Virus record (IMG/VR): IMGVR_UViG_3300030339_000003
Coordinates: 124,001 to 188,000 of that record
Length of the DNA: 64,000 nucleotides
Direction: 5' to 3' (one strand)
The notes below the pieces were generated by a model. That model was not told the DNA's origin. It saw only the letters and a program-made list of their open reading frames with translations, and ran no database searches. Positions 17,747 through 27,594 of this stretch are shown piece by piece (position 1 is the stretch's first letter; each line of letters opens with the position of its first letter). The translations under genes and the position numbers were made by a program.

Positions 17747-18157
17747 CTATTTGACGATGCTGATACCGAGGTAATCAAAAGACTTATCGATACTTAAACG
17801 ATTAAGTATTTGAATTTCTTTATTAAACAAATGCGCTTTAACGTATTCAGAAGCTGTTGGTCCCAAGCGTTCTAAACGTGACGTCCATTTACCGCATTCG
17901 TAATCAAAGATTTTAACTTTGTCTGTACTGAGTTCTGTACCGCGATCCAGCATTTCTTTATTAATGGCGTTAAAATACAAATCGTATTCTTCATCATTAA
18001 AAGCGTGCTTGGGGGTAAGGTCAGTAATTAAAACAAACTTATTGCCTGTGTGGTTATTAATAAATGTAAACGTGTAGCAACTTAAAGCGTAATTGTAAAA
18101 TTGATAGATTAAGCGTTCATCCGTGCAAGCCTTGGTAGCTATCATGACTAACTCCAA
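17747..18157 (-). CDS. hypothetical protein
   Basis: ORF; true start probably ATG 18146 after GGAG. Confidence 0.7.
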   Translation of the reverse strand: MELVMIATKACTDERLIYQFYNYALSCYTFTFINNHTGNKFVLITDLTPKHAFNDEEYDLYFNAINKEMLDRGTELSTDKVKIFDYECGKWTSRLERLGPTASEYVKAHLFNKEIQILNRLSIDKSFDYLGISIVK

Positions 18158-18277
18158 AAAATAAAAGATTGATATACTACCTTAAAGAACGGTTAGGCTC
18201 TTTAAGGTAGTTGTAGTAAAGAAAGACTCGTAAATTCCGATAAGCTTACGACTCGTCCTTCTGGACATGTCGTGTTC

Positions 18278-18583
18278 TTAGTTTGTCACTACCGTTACCA
18301 GACATAACCCCATCACCCATTGATAAAGACGAGTAATGAAATCAGCTTTGGTTTTAGCTTCTTTGACTTTAACAGATTCTAAATAACGTTCAGCTGCAAG
18401 TAAAGTTGTGACTGTGCGACGACTTAACAATTTAGCTTCAACCAAACTTAAGTGTACTTGATCGTGTTCTTTGATTAAAGATTTTAATTCCTTAATCAAA
18501 CCTTCAGCACGAATGTCATTACGTTGTTCTAATTCTAATACTACGCTGATCATGTTAATAACAATTACAGTATGTGAAGTCAT
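18278..18583 (-). CDS. hypothetical early protein
   Basis: ORF with AGGA RBS, directly below early promoter 18641-18660. Confidence 0.7.
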   Translation of the reverse strand: MTSHTVIVINMISVVLELEQRNDIRAEGLIKELKSLIKEHDQVHLSLVEAKLLSRRTVTTLLAAERYLESVKVKEAKTKADFITRLYQWVMGLCLVTVVTN

Positions 18584-18640
18584 GATATATATTCCTGGTT
18601 TAAAATAATTCAAAAGGTTAAACATTATTGTTTATACTCT

Positions 18641-18660
18641 TAGGTAATATAGGTCTGAAA
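18641..18660 (-). promoter_or_regulatory. early promoter (TATATTAC)
   Basis: Minus strand TTTCAGACCTATATTACCTA. Confidence 0.8.
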
Positions 18661-18705
18661 GTAATTGTAATGTAAATGAGAAAACAAAAAAATAAATAAG
18701 TTATA

Positions 18706-18733
18706 TTACTCCTACCCGCAAGGGTAGGAGTAA
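18706..18733 (-). terminator. repeated ACTCCTACCC-N4-GGGTAGGAGT terminator
   Basis: Perfect stem; same stem at 21207, 43594, 46116. Confidence 0.8.
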
Positions 18734-18740
18734 GTATTAA

Positions 18741-19400
18741 TTAACGGATGACGACTTTATTCAAATTACTGGAGACGTCTTCATTTGTTTGCAAAAGAAA
18801 CAAACGATTGGCAGTATGGATATTAGTCCAATATGTTTCTGGATCCCCAAAGTGTTTTGAAAGTTTTAAACAAAAGATTAAAACATCATCGATTAACACA
18901 TCACTTTTGAGAAAATAATTTAAACTGCTTGCCGTACTTCGAAGAATATTGTTTTCTAAAAGATATGCTTTTAAATCACTGACTTCTGGTAGGCGTGCCA
19001 TTAATGCTTCTTCAAGAGAAAGAGGAACCTGCGACTGTAAAGATTTTTGACAAATCTTTAATATGTCCGCGGAACTGGTAACTAAATGAATCCCTGGATG
19101 GAAAACAGCAATCCATTTTTCTAATGAATCTACATTGCCGTCCAGACATCCTTTACGTGGTGCTACGGCTGAACGCGTTTGAATCATAGATTCCTTTACC
19201 CAGATGTCCGGATAGTTCATTAAAACGCTGCGGGTTTTAGAAACCTGATCATCACCAAAATCAATGAAAAAGATGTGGTTCTGATTTTTTTCATCGGTGT
19301 GGAAATATCCGACCATTAATTTCTTTACGCCAAAACGCTGTTTAATCTGTTGAGCGCTTAGTGCGGGGATATAAAAATCATTAGAGTTTAATGCAGTCAT
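18741..19400 (-). CDS. hypothetical protein
   Basis: 219-aa ORF with AGGA RBS. Confidence 0.75.
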   Translation of the reverse strand: MTALNSNDFYIPALSAQQIKQRFGVKKLMVGYFHTDEKNQNHIFFIDFGDDQVSKTRSVLMNYPDIWVKESMIQTRSAVAPRKGCLDGNVDSLEKWIAVFHPGIHLVTSSADILKICQKSLQSQVPLSLEEALMARLPEVSDLKAYLLENNILRSTASSLNYFLKSDVLIDDVLIFCLKLSKHFGDPETYWTNIHTANRLFLLQTNEDVSSNLNKVVIR

Positions 19401-19409
19401 TACACTTCC

Positions 19410-19685
19410 TTATTTAAATGTTGCGCGTAATTGATTATAACGCGGTGTATCAATGAGACTGAGGGATTTAACCTCAAGGTTGTAACGCAGCGCTACCGAG
19501 TAGCCTACGTCGTTTAAAGCGTCAGGATATCGTTCACTCACAGCTTTCAATGCTGTATCACACAAAAACGATTTAGTATAACGGGTTGTCAATGCTTTTT
19601 CGAATTTAACAACTAAGATTACCCCGTGTTCATTCATCACTTCTAACTTTGAAGTCATCAATGATCTAATGTTAAAATGCCACAT
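19410..19685 (-). CDS. hypothetical protein
   Basis: 91-aa ORF with RBS. Confidence 0.65.
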   Translation of the reverse strand: MWHFNIRSLMTSKLEVMNEHGVILVVKFEKALTTRYTKSFLCDTALKAVSERYPDALNDVGYSVALRYNLEVKSLSLIDTPRYNQLRATFK

Positions 19686-19831
19686 AACTCATTCCTTTTA
19701 AACGTTATTAAGCTTACGTAAAACTACGGAATACTTTTAAGTAAAATCAATAATGCTACCTTACCCCTTTTCGGAGGTAAGGTATTATGTTGTCGTCATA
19801 CAGCCACCCTTTTTAGTTCCTTAAAAAGAGT

Positions 19832-20188
19832 TTAATTTAGTAACCAAGTGACAATGCGGATAAACCCACCAGCCGCATTACCAATGAAAGCAACAAACAC
19901 TAACCCAAGTCCGATGGAGTTATATTTGTCCCAGCGCATTTCAACTTTGAGCTTTTCTTCAACCAATTCCGTTAACACGCGTAAATCAATCGTGTCACGT
20001 TCGTCTTGGTGGTTAACAACCCAGATCAAATGGTTGCTTAACTTATGACATGCGTCGCGCTTAGTGCGGCTAAAGCTGTTATAGGCGATATCACTTAATG
20101 CTACTTGAGCTTTAGCTAAACGATCAAACAATTCAGTACGCTCTACGTTTATTTCTACGTTCTTTACTTCAGTGATCACGGTCGTCAT
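19832..20188 (-). CDS. hypothetical protein with C-terminal membrane segment
   Basis: SIGLGLVFVAFIGNAAGGFIRIVTWLL hydrophobic tail; promoter-like TACATTAT at 20257-64. Confidence 0.7.
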   Translation of the reverse strand: MTTVITEVKNVEINVERTELFDRLAKAQVALSDIAYNSFSRTKRDACHKLSNHLIWVVNHQDERDTIDLRVLTELVEEKLKVEMRWDKYNSIGLGLVFVAFIGNAAGGFIRIVTWLLN

Positions 20189-20323
20189 TCTAAGGTTCCT
20201 TTTATTAAACAGACATCAACACTTAAAACATTAACATACATTGTTAACTCGTTCTAATAATGTAGATCTATTTTTAAATGTATTTTAATATCGCCAAAGG
20301 GTATTACCCCCTCAGCGCATACC

Positions 20324-20863
20324 TTAGTTTGCGTTACCAAAATCAATGGTTTTATAAACAACATCGGTTCCTGGTTTAAATACGTAACCTAAACCTTTTA
20401 ACCAGTCAGCAAATTCAACGAAGAACATTTCAGTGGCTTCGTATTCTTCCGGAGTGTGTCGGCGCATCCACCACGTTGTTTCCCCGAGCTTAAAGCTGAA
20501 ACTATTGTCGTCACGGATATTACCGACGAAGTTATATCCTGCGTTTTCCAATGGCCAACCTACCGCAGTGATCTCTCTTTCGAAATCCCAGGCAATATCA
20601 AAGAACAACTCAAACCCCATACCGATCTTGTTCTTCAACTTAACAGCATACGCCGTACGCTTATTAAGATCAATCATCATTGCTGAAGCGTCACTGGTCA
20701 GTACTAACAAGTAATCAATCACTAACCCATTAGCAATCTCTGCTTTCAACGTTGTTTCAGTACCGTCGCGGTAACCGTCCTCATTACGAATGGATACGCT
20801 CGTCATCTTGCTGGCTTCCCATTCCCCCCGTTGTACGCCGTAACGTAACCCTACAATAGTCAT
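20324..20863 (-). CDS. hypothetical protein
   Basis: 179-aa ORF with AGGGGA RBS. Confidence 0.75.
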   Translation of the reverse strand: MTIVGLRYGVQRGEWEASKMTSVSIRNEDGYRDGTETTLKAEIANGLVIDYLLVLTSDASAMMIDLNKRTAYAVKLKNKIGMGFELFFDIAWDFEREITAVGWPLENAGYNFVGNIRDDNSFSFKLGETTWWMRRHTPEEYEATEMFFVEFADWLKGLGYVFKPGTDVVYKTIDFGNAN

Positions 20864-21240
20864 TTCTTTCCCCTTGGTTAATAAAGACTTTATTTACTAT
20901 CACACATAAAACCCTACCCCTTACTCCCTTATGGAAGTAAGTAGGCTTATATTATTTTGTTTTAACTATAGTTAAGCGTATCCCACCGTATTGATGCTGT
21001 GCAAGCTATCGTCCGTTGCACTCCCTATAGCAACAGCATCTTAACCGTTCACTCCTTACAGTCATTCACTCTATTGATGGTGTATATACTTAGTATATTA
21101 ATAAGTATTCAAAACCCCCTTACTTTCCATTCCAACCAAGGCTTACTATCCGAAGACAGTAAACATAATATACTAATACCGAGTGAAAAAATAATAAACA
21201 GTAAATACTCCTACCCATTATGGGTAGGAGTGCGGTTAAG

Positions 21241-21774
21241 TTAAACGATTGATAATGTACGTGTAGTCAGTACCCAGATTGCATGTACGTCTTTAGCTGT
21301 GACCGATTCAGGATCAAAGTCTTTCAAGATGTTTTTAATACGATCGATTTCGGCATTGACTGCATACACTTGAATCATGTCAGGCATTGAACAATCTTCT
21401 TTACCCAGCAGTTTATCGCGTAGCGCAGTTAGTGCGGCCAGGTATGTTTCGTATCTGACCTGATAACGCTCTTGTCTGAACTGAATGTTTATATTGCAAA
21501 GATGCAGAATGTTGTATACCCGAACCAAATAATCACCAACTGTAGGTTGTCCATCCGTTATTGGTGAGGCTTTCCATTCCGCAATTTCATTCTTTAAGCT
21601 AACGGCATCATTTACGATGTCAAGATAGCCGGTTTGAATGATATCATGCGCAATAGCTTTATCTAATTGAATAAGCAGATTATCGATACGCACTTCCAAT
21701 GATGCCACTTTCCAATCATCAACGATCTGATTTACCGTTTTCAATTCTTCAATCTTAGAAACAGTTAAAGCCAT
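21241..21774 (-). CDS. hypothetical helical protein
   Basis: ORF, AAGGA RBS, terminator 21207-21231 follows. Confidence 0.75.
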   Translation of the reverse strand: MALTVSKIEELKTVNQIVDDWKVASLEVRIDNLLIQLDKAIAHDIIQTGYLDIVNDAVSLKNEIAEWKASPITDGQPTVGDYLVRVYNILHLCNINIQFRQERYQVRYETYLAALTALRDKLLGKEDCSMPDMIQVYAVNAEIDRIKNILKDFDPESVTAKDVHAIWVLTTRTLSIV

Positions 21775-21797
21775 TTTTTTAATTCCTTAAAGTTTAA

Positions 21798-22007
21798 TTA
21801 ATGAAAGGTATAGTAAGCGATGTTGGCAATAATAAATAACACCATTATAACCATACTTGCATAGATCTCGCGCCTTAATTCACGCCGAGGTATTATGTAG
21901 TGCGAAGGGCATTTCTTCATACGTTTATAAAGGCTTAATATATCCGCAGCAGTCATGCCCATCCAGAAATTACCAAAACATAGCAGAATGAAATCAATTA
22001 AGTTCAT
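21798..22007 (-). CDS. small membrane protein (two hydrophobic segments)
   Basis: ATGA overlap with upstream gene; hydrophobic N and C segments around a basic loop. Confidence 0.65.
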   Translation of the reverse strand: MNLIDFILLCFGNFWMGMTAADILSLYKRMKKCPSHYIIPRRELRREIYASMVIMVLFIIANIAYYTFH

Positions 22008-22474
22008 GATTCAACTGCTGCTTTTTGTTCAGACAATGCCGAGTATTCGTTCACCAGGAAATCAACCAGTTCATCTAAGCTAAAGATGAAACGCTTTCTT
22101 TCACCATGCACAACTTTCCATTTGTCGAAGGTATCCATTACACCGTCTTCAACGCCTTCACGCGCAACACAATTACCGTTTGCACCAAAGCTACATGCTA
22201 CAAAATCAGACGGCAACACTTTATACCCAAACAAATGATTACGACTAAAGAACATTACTTCGTCATAATCAGGATGGTCGATATAACGGAAACTGAATGA
22301 ATGCGACGTAATAGTGGCGTGACTACGAATTGAGCCATACATATTAAAAAAGTCAATCACTTCAGTTTCAGTCAGCACTTCACCTCGCTGATGTGTTTTA
22401 GCCGGGTTACGCAGATCATGGTGATAGTGCGCACTTAACATCGCAATATCCAATGGTGAAACTTGGTTGTTCAT
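22004..22474 (-). CDS. hypothetical protein
   Basis: ORF, ATGA overlaps. Confidence 0.7.
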   Translation of the reverse strand: MNNQVSPLDIAMLSAHYHHDLRNPAKTHQRGEVLTETEVIDFFNMYGSIRSHATITSHSFSFRYIDHPDYDEVMFFSRNHLFGYKVLPSDFVACSFGANGNCVAREGVEDGVMDTFDKWKVVHGERKRFIFSLDELVDFLVNEYSALSEQKAAVES

Positions 22475-23121
22475 TTTTGAATGGCCTTGTTTTCAATTTT
22501 GTTATTGGTATTAGGAAACATCTGAGTCAGATCTTGATCGCGCTGCGCGTTTTGTTCTTTAGCGATCTTTTGATCCACATTCCATTTGGTGTGATTGTGG
22601 TGAATGTTCCACCAAAAATCAGAAGTGGTCCCAAAATGGATACCCAGTCTTGCGCAGACATAATACGTCCACAGATCGTCATTGATCATGCGATGTAACA
22701 ATGCTGGAATCATTCCCATTTTAACAGCCAGGTCATCCACTTCTTCTTTAGTCTTGATTCCGTATTCTTCACGGAGTATTTCAGACAAAGAAGTCGGGCA
22801 ACGTGTTTCATCTGGTTGAATAACTTCCACTGGGTTCCTGCGGATATTCAGCATGAAATGTGCCAGTGCCAGTTTTTCTTGACCCAAAGGTAGCACTTCA
22901 AGTATACCACCGGAGCCTTCACCATCATACTGGTACTTCACTTGCAAGCTGGAGTCGTCTGCCGTTTCATATTTAACATGCGCAATAATGTCCATTGCAT
23001 CACCATCATCTACAGGATGATTGTCAGCATTGACGACGTCAATAACAATGGTTTGTTTGGTGGTTTCGTTATGCAAACAAATCGCATTATCACGTACAGC
23101 AAACTTAGAAACCTTAATCAT
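22471..23121 (-). CDS. protein with C-terminal HigA/VapI-like HTH domain
   Basis: PTSLSEILREEY...DLAVKMG...RLGIHFGTTSDFWWN resembles HigA HPGEILREE...LA..LG...RL...FGTS.EFWLN. Confidence 0.7.
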   Translation of the reverse strand: MIKVSKFAVRDNAICLHNETTKQTIVIDVVNADNHPVDDGDAMDIIAHVKYETADDSSLQVKYQYDGEGSGGILEVLPLGQEKLALAHFMLNIRRNPVEVIQPDETRCPTSLSEILREEYGIKTKEEVDDLAVKMGMIPALLHRMINDDLWTYYVCARLGIHFGTTSDFWWNIHHNHTKWNVDQKIAKEQNAQRDQDLTQMFPNTNNKIENKAIQK

Positions 23122-23123
23122 GA

Positions 23124-24155
23124 TTATTCCTTACCCTTTCCAATAATGTATGGATCGATATGACTTCCACCGACAATAGTGATATCAGACAAATAAACAC
23201 GCCCGACCAAATAGAATTTACCACGCACAGTGACATTATCCAAATACCAATTTTTGCCTGAATCTGATTGTGGGAAATCTTTTTCTAAGCAACTACAATC
23301 GATAACCGAAACACCTTTCAACGTTAAAGATTTGAGTTTGCTGAGTTCACCAATCATGAAAGCAATATTTTCTTTATTATTGCCTACTAGTTTTAGTACG
23401 CCACCATTAACCAAGTCGGTGACTTCGTAACCTTTTTGGCCTTGTGGGTTAGTAAAGAACTTGGTACGATAGTTCTTGGAAGTATAAGGCTGTGTTTTTC
23501 CAGCGCCTTCAACAACATAGAAGCTAAACCCTTTTTGTCTAAAATCCTTTTGTGGCGGAATAGGTTGATCGCTCAATGGAATAAATCCAGCACTTGATAA
23601 ATGAAGGCCGTGCGATTTTACCCAGTTTTCAATTTGTTCTTCCGTCCAAATATCGCTATCTCGTTTAGCGCTGATAGGTTCTACGTTATTTCCCATCAAA
23701 GGAATACGATCGATGGAATTCAAAATGATTTTTTGCATCGGTTGTTCACATACACCAGCAAGATTACCATTATCAGCGCTCCGCTGTTTTAATGCTTCTA
23801 GATCACCATCAAACAACCAGAATGTTTTAATTGGAAGATGGTTATCTAAATTTGATAATCCCCCATTCTTTACATCTTTAAAATATTTGTAAAAATTGAC
23901 CAGTTGGTTTTCGTCAATATTAGAAACGTCCAGATTATCAAACGCTATTTCGACTGTGTCATTAAACCTACACAACAAAGTTTTGTGTTTACCAGAATAA
24001 CGGTAAATGCGGCAATGAATAAATCCCAAATCCATTACCTCTTTAAAAATAGCCATGGCAAATTCCGTGTTAACACGCTGAAAATCAAATGACATTGGAC
24101 CGTTTAAATGAATAATGCCAGCAGTTTCAGTTTTGATAATAAAAGTACGAATCAT
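23124..24155 (-). CDS. hypothetical protein
   Basis: 343-aa ORF in operon. Confidence 0.75.
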   Translation of the reverse strand: MIRTFIIKTETAGIIHLNGPMSFDFQRVNTEFAMAIFKEVMDLGFIHCRIYRYSGKHKTLLCRFNDTVEIAFDNLDVSNIDENQLVNFYKYFKDVKNGGLSNLDNHLPIKTFWLFDGDLEALKQRSADNGNLAGVCEQPMQKIILNSIDRIPLMGNNVEPISAKRDSDIWTEEQIENWVKSHGLHLSSAGFIPLSDQPIPPQKDFRQKGFSFYVVEGAGKTQPYTSKNYRTKFFTNPQGQKGYEVTDLVNGGVLKLVGNNKENIAFMIGELSKLKSLTLKGVSVIDCSCLEKDFPQSDSGKNWYLDNVTVRGKFYLVGRVYLSDITIVGGSHIDPYIIGKGKE

Positions 24156-24184
24156 TTTCTTTACCCTTTTAAATTAAAATTAAA

Positions 24185-24655
24185 TTACATGTTTAGACGA
24201 TCTTCGTAATCTTCTAAATCGGAATCATTGTCATATTCAGATAAACTCGAACGTTCTTCTTCAGCCTCGAAATCCATTCGAGCCTCTTCGTTATCATTAG
24301 CAATACGCGCCAAATGTTTTTCACCTTTTGCACATATATCACAGATGATAAATGACTCATCACCTTGCAAAGGATTAAATCCATACCACGTATATTCGTG
24401 GGTTTCTTTTGCTAACTTAGTTTGGCGGCAATCACGACAAACCACCTCTTCGTTATCTTCAGCTTCATTTTGAGTAGCTACACAAGCAGCACAAAGAATA
24501 GTGCGCTCACAACCAAAGCTGTCGTTCTCAGCAACCCAACCACGTGCTAATGACGGATCTGATTCAACGTGTTCACAACATCCAGCGTCTTGATGTGTTT
24601 CGACATATTTAACTGCTGAATTAGGTTGAATCATTCCTTTAGTAAACCAGTTCAT
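24185..24655 (-). CDS. Cys-rich putative zinc-finger protein with acidic tail
   Basis: CCEH, CAAC, CRDC, CDIC motifs. Confidence 0.7.
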   Translation of the reverse strand: MNWFTKGMIQPNSAVKYVETHQDAGCCEHVESDPSLARGWVAENDSFGCERTILCAACVATQNEAEDNEEVVCRDCRQTKLAKETHEYTWYGFNPLQGDESFIICDICAKGEKHLARIANDNEEARMDFEAEEERSSLSEYDNDSDLEDYEDRLNM

Positions 24656-24762
24656 ATATTAACCCTCTAATACAAAACGTTTATAAATAAAGCCAAGCTA
24701 TTTGACACAAGGCGATAATACCCACACAAACCAAAATAACCCAAAGCGGACCTTTTAGTTCT

Positions 24763-25677
24763 TCAGGAATTTTCATTCAGTTCCCCGAACGTTTCTTTGA
24801 AATCAGGACGAGCAGAATACCACGCAGCTTTAGTTGCGGTACAAGCCGTTGTATAAATTTCATAGAAAGGGTTAGTTCCTTCATGTTTGATTAAATGAAC
24901 ATTGTCCGGGGAAGCTTTAAATTCTTTATCTAATGAATCAAAGAATGTTCTGATTTTTAACCAGTGGCCAAGTTCAAGCCCTGTGTCTTTGATAAGCGAT
25001 AAATTGTAATTCGTTAAAGAGTTTGTATCTCCATTTGCTTCCGCAAATACAAATTGACCAACAATAACAAAATTAGGTTCTGGCAAACTTTGAACCTGAT
25101 CCAATAATTGTTTAACCATATTAACTTGTTTTAATGCAGTCAGTTGAATGATAGTGCTTAAAAACTGTTTCTGCGATTCAAGTGTTCTGTAAATAAATTC
25201 TTTATTATCTTCCTCGATATGTCGTCCATTTAAATGAACCCATATTTTTTCTAAAGCAAGTTGCAGGCCACCTAATTCTGTATTATTAAAATTTTTATTA
25301 GCCATAAGCCCAGTAACAGCTTCTTTTGCATTATTGATAATTTCAACAATATAACTCATCGGTCTTTTACTGCTAAGTTCCATTTGATTAAAATAAAATG
25401 AGAAAACTTCAGCGTAAGCAAGATAGCCTTTATTGGCATCATAAGTCAATCGACCATTGATAAAATCAATAACGTAAATATCTCCTTTGGCATTTAAAAT
25501 AGTGTCATGATCAAACGGGAGATCGGCTTTATCACCAGTAGGTGAATTTTCAGCTTTAATTAATCTTAACCAATTACCATTTAGAAAGGACAAACTATGA
25601 TAATTTGCGTTTGAGGCGGACACTGCACGTTTGAATACACGCTTAACTGCAATAACTTCACCTAAAGAATTTGACAT
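24763..25677 (-). CDS. hypothetical early protein
   Basis: 304-aa ORF, GGAG RBS, promoter variant at 25720-25739. Confidence 0.75.
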   Translation of the reverse strand: MSNSLGEVIAVKRVFKRAVSASNANYHSLSFLNGNWLRLIKAENSPTGDKADLPFDHDTILNAKGDIYVIDFINGRLTYDANKGYLAYAEVFSFYFNQMELSSKRPMSYIVEIINNAKEAVTGLMANKNFNNTELGGLQLALEKIWVHLNGRHIEEDNKEFIYRTLESQKQFLSTIIQLTALKQVNMVKQLLDQVQSLPEPNFVIVGQFVFAEANGDTNSLTNYNLSLIKDTGLELGHWLKIRTFFDSLDKEFKASPDNVHLIKHEGTNPFYEIYTTACTATKAAWYSARPDFKETFGELNENS

Positions 25678-25719
25678 TTCATTTACTCCAATTGTTTAAT
25701 AAAAGATTAGTTTAACACT

Positions 25720-25739
25720 TAGATAATGTAGAGCTGAAA
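25720..25739 (-). promoter_or_regulatory. early promoter variant (TACATTAT core)
   Basis: TTTCAGCTCTACATTATCTA aligns with the consensus TTTCAnnnCTATATTACyTA. Confidence 0.6.
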
Positions 25740-25804
25740 TTTATTACATTACTCTTATTAAAAAATATAAAATCCTATGAAGCGTATAAACTGAGGATAA
25801 TGTA

Positions 25805-26647
25805 ATGAGTTGTGTTGACCACGCCATTAACATGGTAGAGAACTCTGACATCGATCAGTATTTATTGGAACTGGCATTCCACAATCCTAACGCCAATTTC
25901 TTAGGTAACTGGTACGATACGGTAGATCAAAATACAGTAGCACAAGGTATTCGTGAAAAAGTAATTCATGGGTTGGTCTTACCTTCTTGTAAGATCAATG
26001 GTGGTAAAACAGAAATGATCGACTTGTACGGTTCGCGTACACGCGATATGGGTAATGGCTGTATCGAAGTTAAGGTTCCTACATTCGTTACAGGCGGGCG
26101 ACACATTGTCTTAGTACAAGAAGTCTACTTAGGTTCTTTAAACTCCATATCGGGTGTCCTGGGACTTAACTCGACGAATGCTGCATGCGGACAAGGTATC
26201 ATGAATGAAATGATGATGAACTTGACCGATACCATGCAATCATCCCGCGCCATCCCACAAACGTATACCAATATTCATATGAACGGCAATAACTCATTTG
26301 TTATTTTTGGTATGACTAATCCATTGTTCTCCATGTGCGCTAAAATGATTTTAGAATACGATGATAACTTAACTGCTATTCACCCACGCTGCTGGGATGC
26401 ATTTGGTGACCTTTGTATCTTAGCCACTAAGAACTATATTTGGCGTACATGTAAACGTCCTGCTGAAGAAGCGGTTCGTCGTTCAGGTGTTCCATTAGAA
26501 GGTATCCGCGATGATATCTCTGAATACCGCGATGCGTGGAAAGAGTACCGTGAATTGTTTTCTGGGCTGTGGACTAAGTTAATGTCTCACTCCGACACTC
26601 AGAAGAAAATGAACGCCATTCAGTCTATCACACAACGAAGAATGTAA
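25805..26647 (+). CDS. conserved-type jumbo-phage protein, possibly virion
   Basis: 280-aa ORF, GAGG RBS, TATG late-promoter-like motif ~28 nt upstream. Confidence 0.7.
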   Translation: MSCVDHAINMVENSDIDQYLLELAFHNPNANFLGNWYDTVDQNTVAQGIREKVIHGLVLPSCKINGGKTEMIDLYGSRTRDMGNGCIEVKVPTFVTGGRHIVLVQEVYLGSLNSISGVLGLNSTNAACGQGIMNEMMMNLTDTMQSSRAIPQTYTNIHMNGNNSFVIFGMTNPLFSMCAKMILEYDDNLTAIHPRCWDAFGDLCILATKNYIWRTCKRPAEEAVRRSGVPLEGIRDDISEYRDAWKEYRELFSGLWTKLMSHSDTQKKMNAIQSITQRRM

Positions 26648-26721
26648 TCATAGGTTGTTAGCTGATCAATGATTTTTATATAAAAATCTTAATTACATTG
26701 AGGTGGGGATAACCTGCCTCA

Positions 26722-27594
26722 ATGAGTTTATTTCTTAAAGAGGTTATGATGAATCAAGTTAACACCATGCACGTCGATCGTATCCTTTTGGGGTTCAGTG
26801 ATTATTTTTTAGATAACACAAGTTTTGAAGCACGACACGCCGCTAGCCAATTATTCTTACATGGAAATGCTAATCCTTTAGACGTCTCTTATAGTCGAGG
26901 GTTCGGTGGTAGTTTTGAAACGCGGTTAAACTATTTCTTTAATTGGTTCGAACACTTCTTTAAGAAATATACTGTTCCATTTAAAGTTGATAATAAACAA
27001 GTGATTAATATTAAACATCCTTTACGTGGAATACGCAATCTCATCACCATGAGTGACTACACTGGACACGTTAATAATTTGGTTGGGGTTAATTCTTTCT
27101 TTTCACCCAAACATGATGATTACATAACTGTGCAAAAATCTTTAAGTACATTATCCTTTAATGGGGTAGAAACAATATTCATTAATAATTCCTTTACTTG
27201 CCTAGATAATTTTAAAGAAGATTTAACGTACTTTATTAATTTATTACGTAAAGAAATCAATGGTGCTTTGTTATCACCCACAGCTACGTTGACATTCAGT
27301 TCTAATTATGAACAATTGATTGGTTTAATTAAACAAACCAACAACGTTAAAGAATGGCCTAAATTATCTGTAAATGAAAAAGAATTAACGTTGGCAAATC
27401 TTCCAGACATCATTGTCAAATGGAAAGACGCATACAGTTCAAATTTAATGACGTTTAAAAATGAACTCTTACCTTTCTTGGTTAGCTATATTGAATTACT
27501 GGGTTTCATTCACCACGTTAGCCAATCATTAATAAATAAGCAAATCAATTGCTTAAATATCTTCGAGAAACTTTATTATGAACAAAGCGTTTGA
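26722..27594 (+). CDS. hypothetical protein (AT-rich)
   Basis: ORF; start may be a later ATG (~26746-26749) after GAGG. Confidence 0.7.
   Translation: MSLFLKEVMMNQVNTMHVDRILLGFSDYFLDNTSFEARHAASQLFLHGNANPLDVSYSRGFGGSFETRLNYFFNWFEHFFKKYTVPFKVDNKQVINIKHPLRGIRNLITMSDYTGHVNNLVGVNSFFSPKHDDYITVQKSLSTLSFNGVETIFINNSFTCLDNFKEDLTYFINLLRKEINGALLSPTATLTFSSNYEQLIGLIKQTNNVKEWPKLSVNEKELTLANLPDIIVKWKDAYSSNLMTFKNELLPFLVSYIELLGFIHHVSQSLINKQINCLNIFEKLYYEQSV

Noticed and set aside
20999-21244. 81-aa plus-strand ORF
   Set aside because: GTG start without RBS, runs through a terminator, opposite to all neighbours
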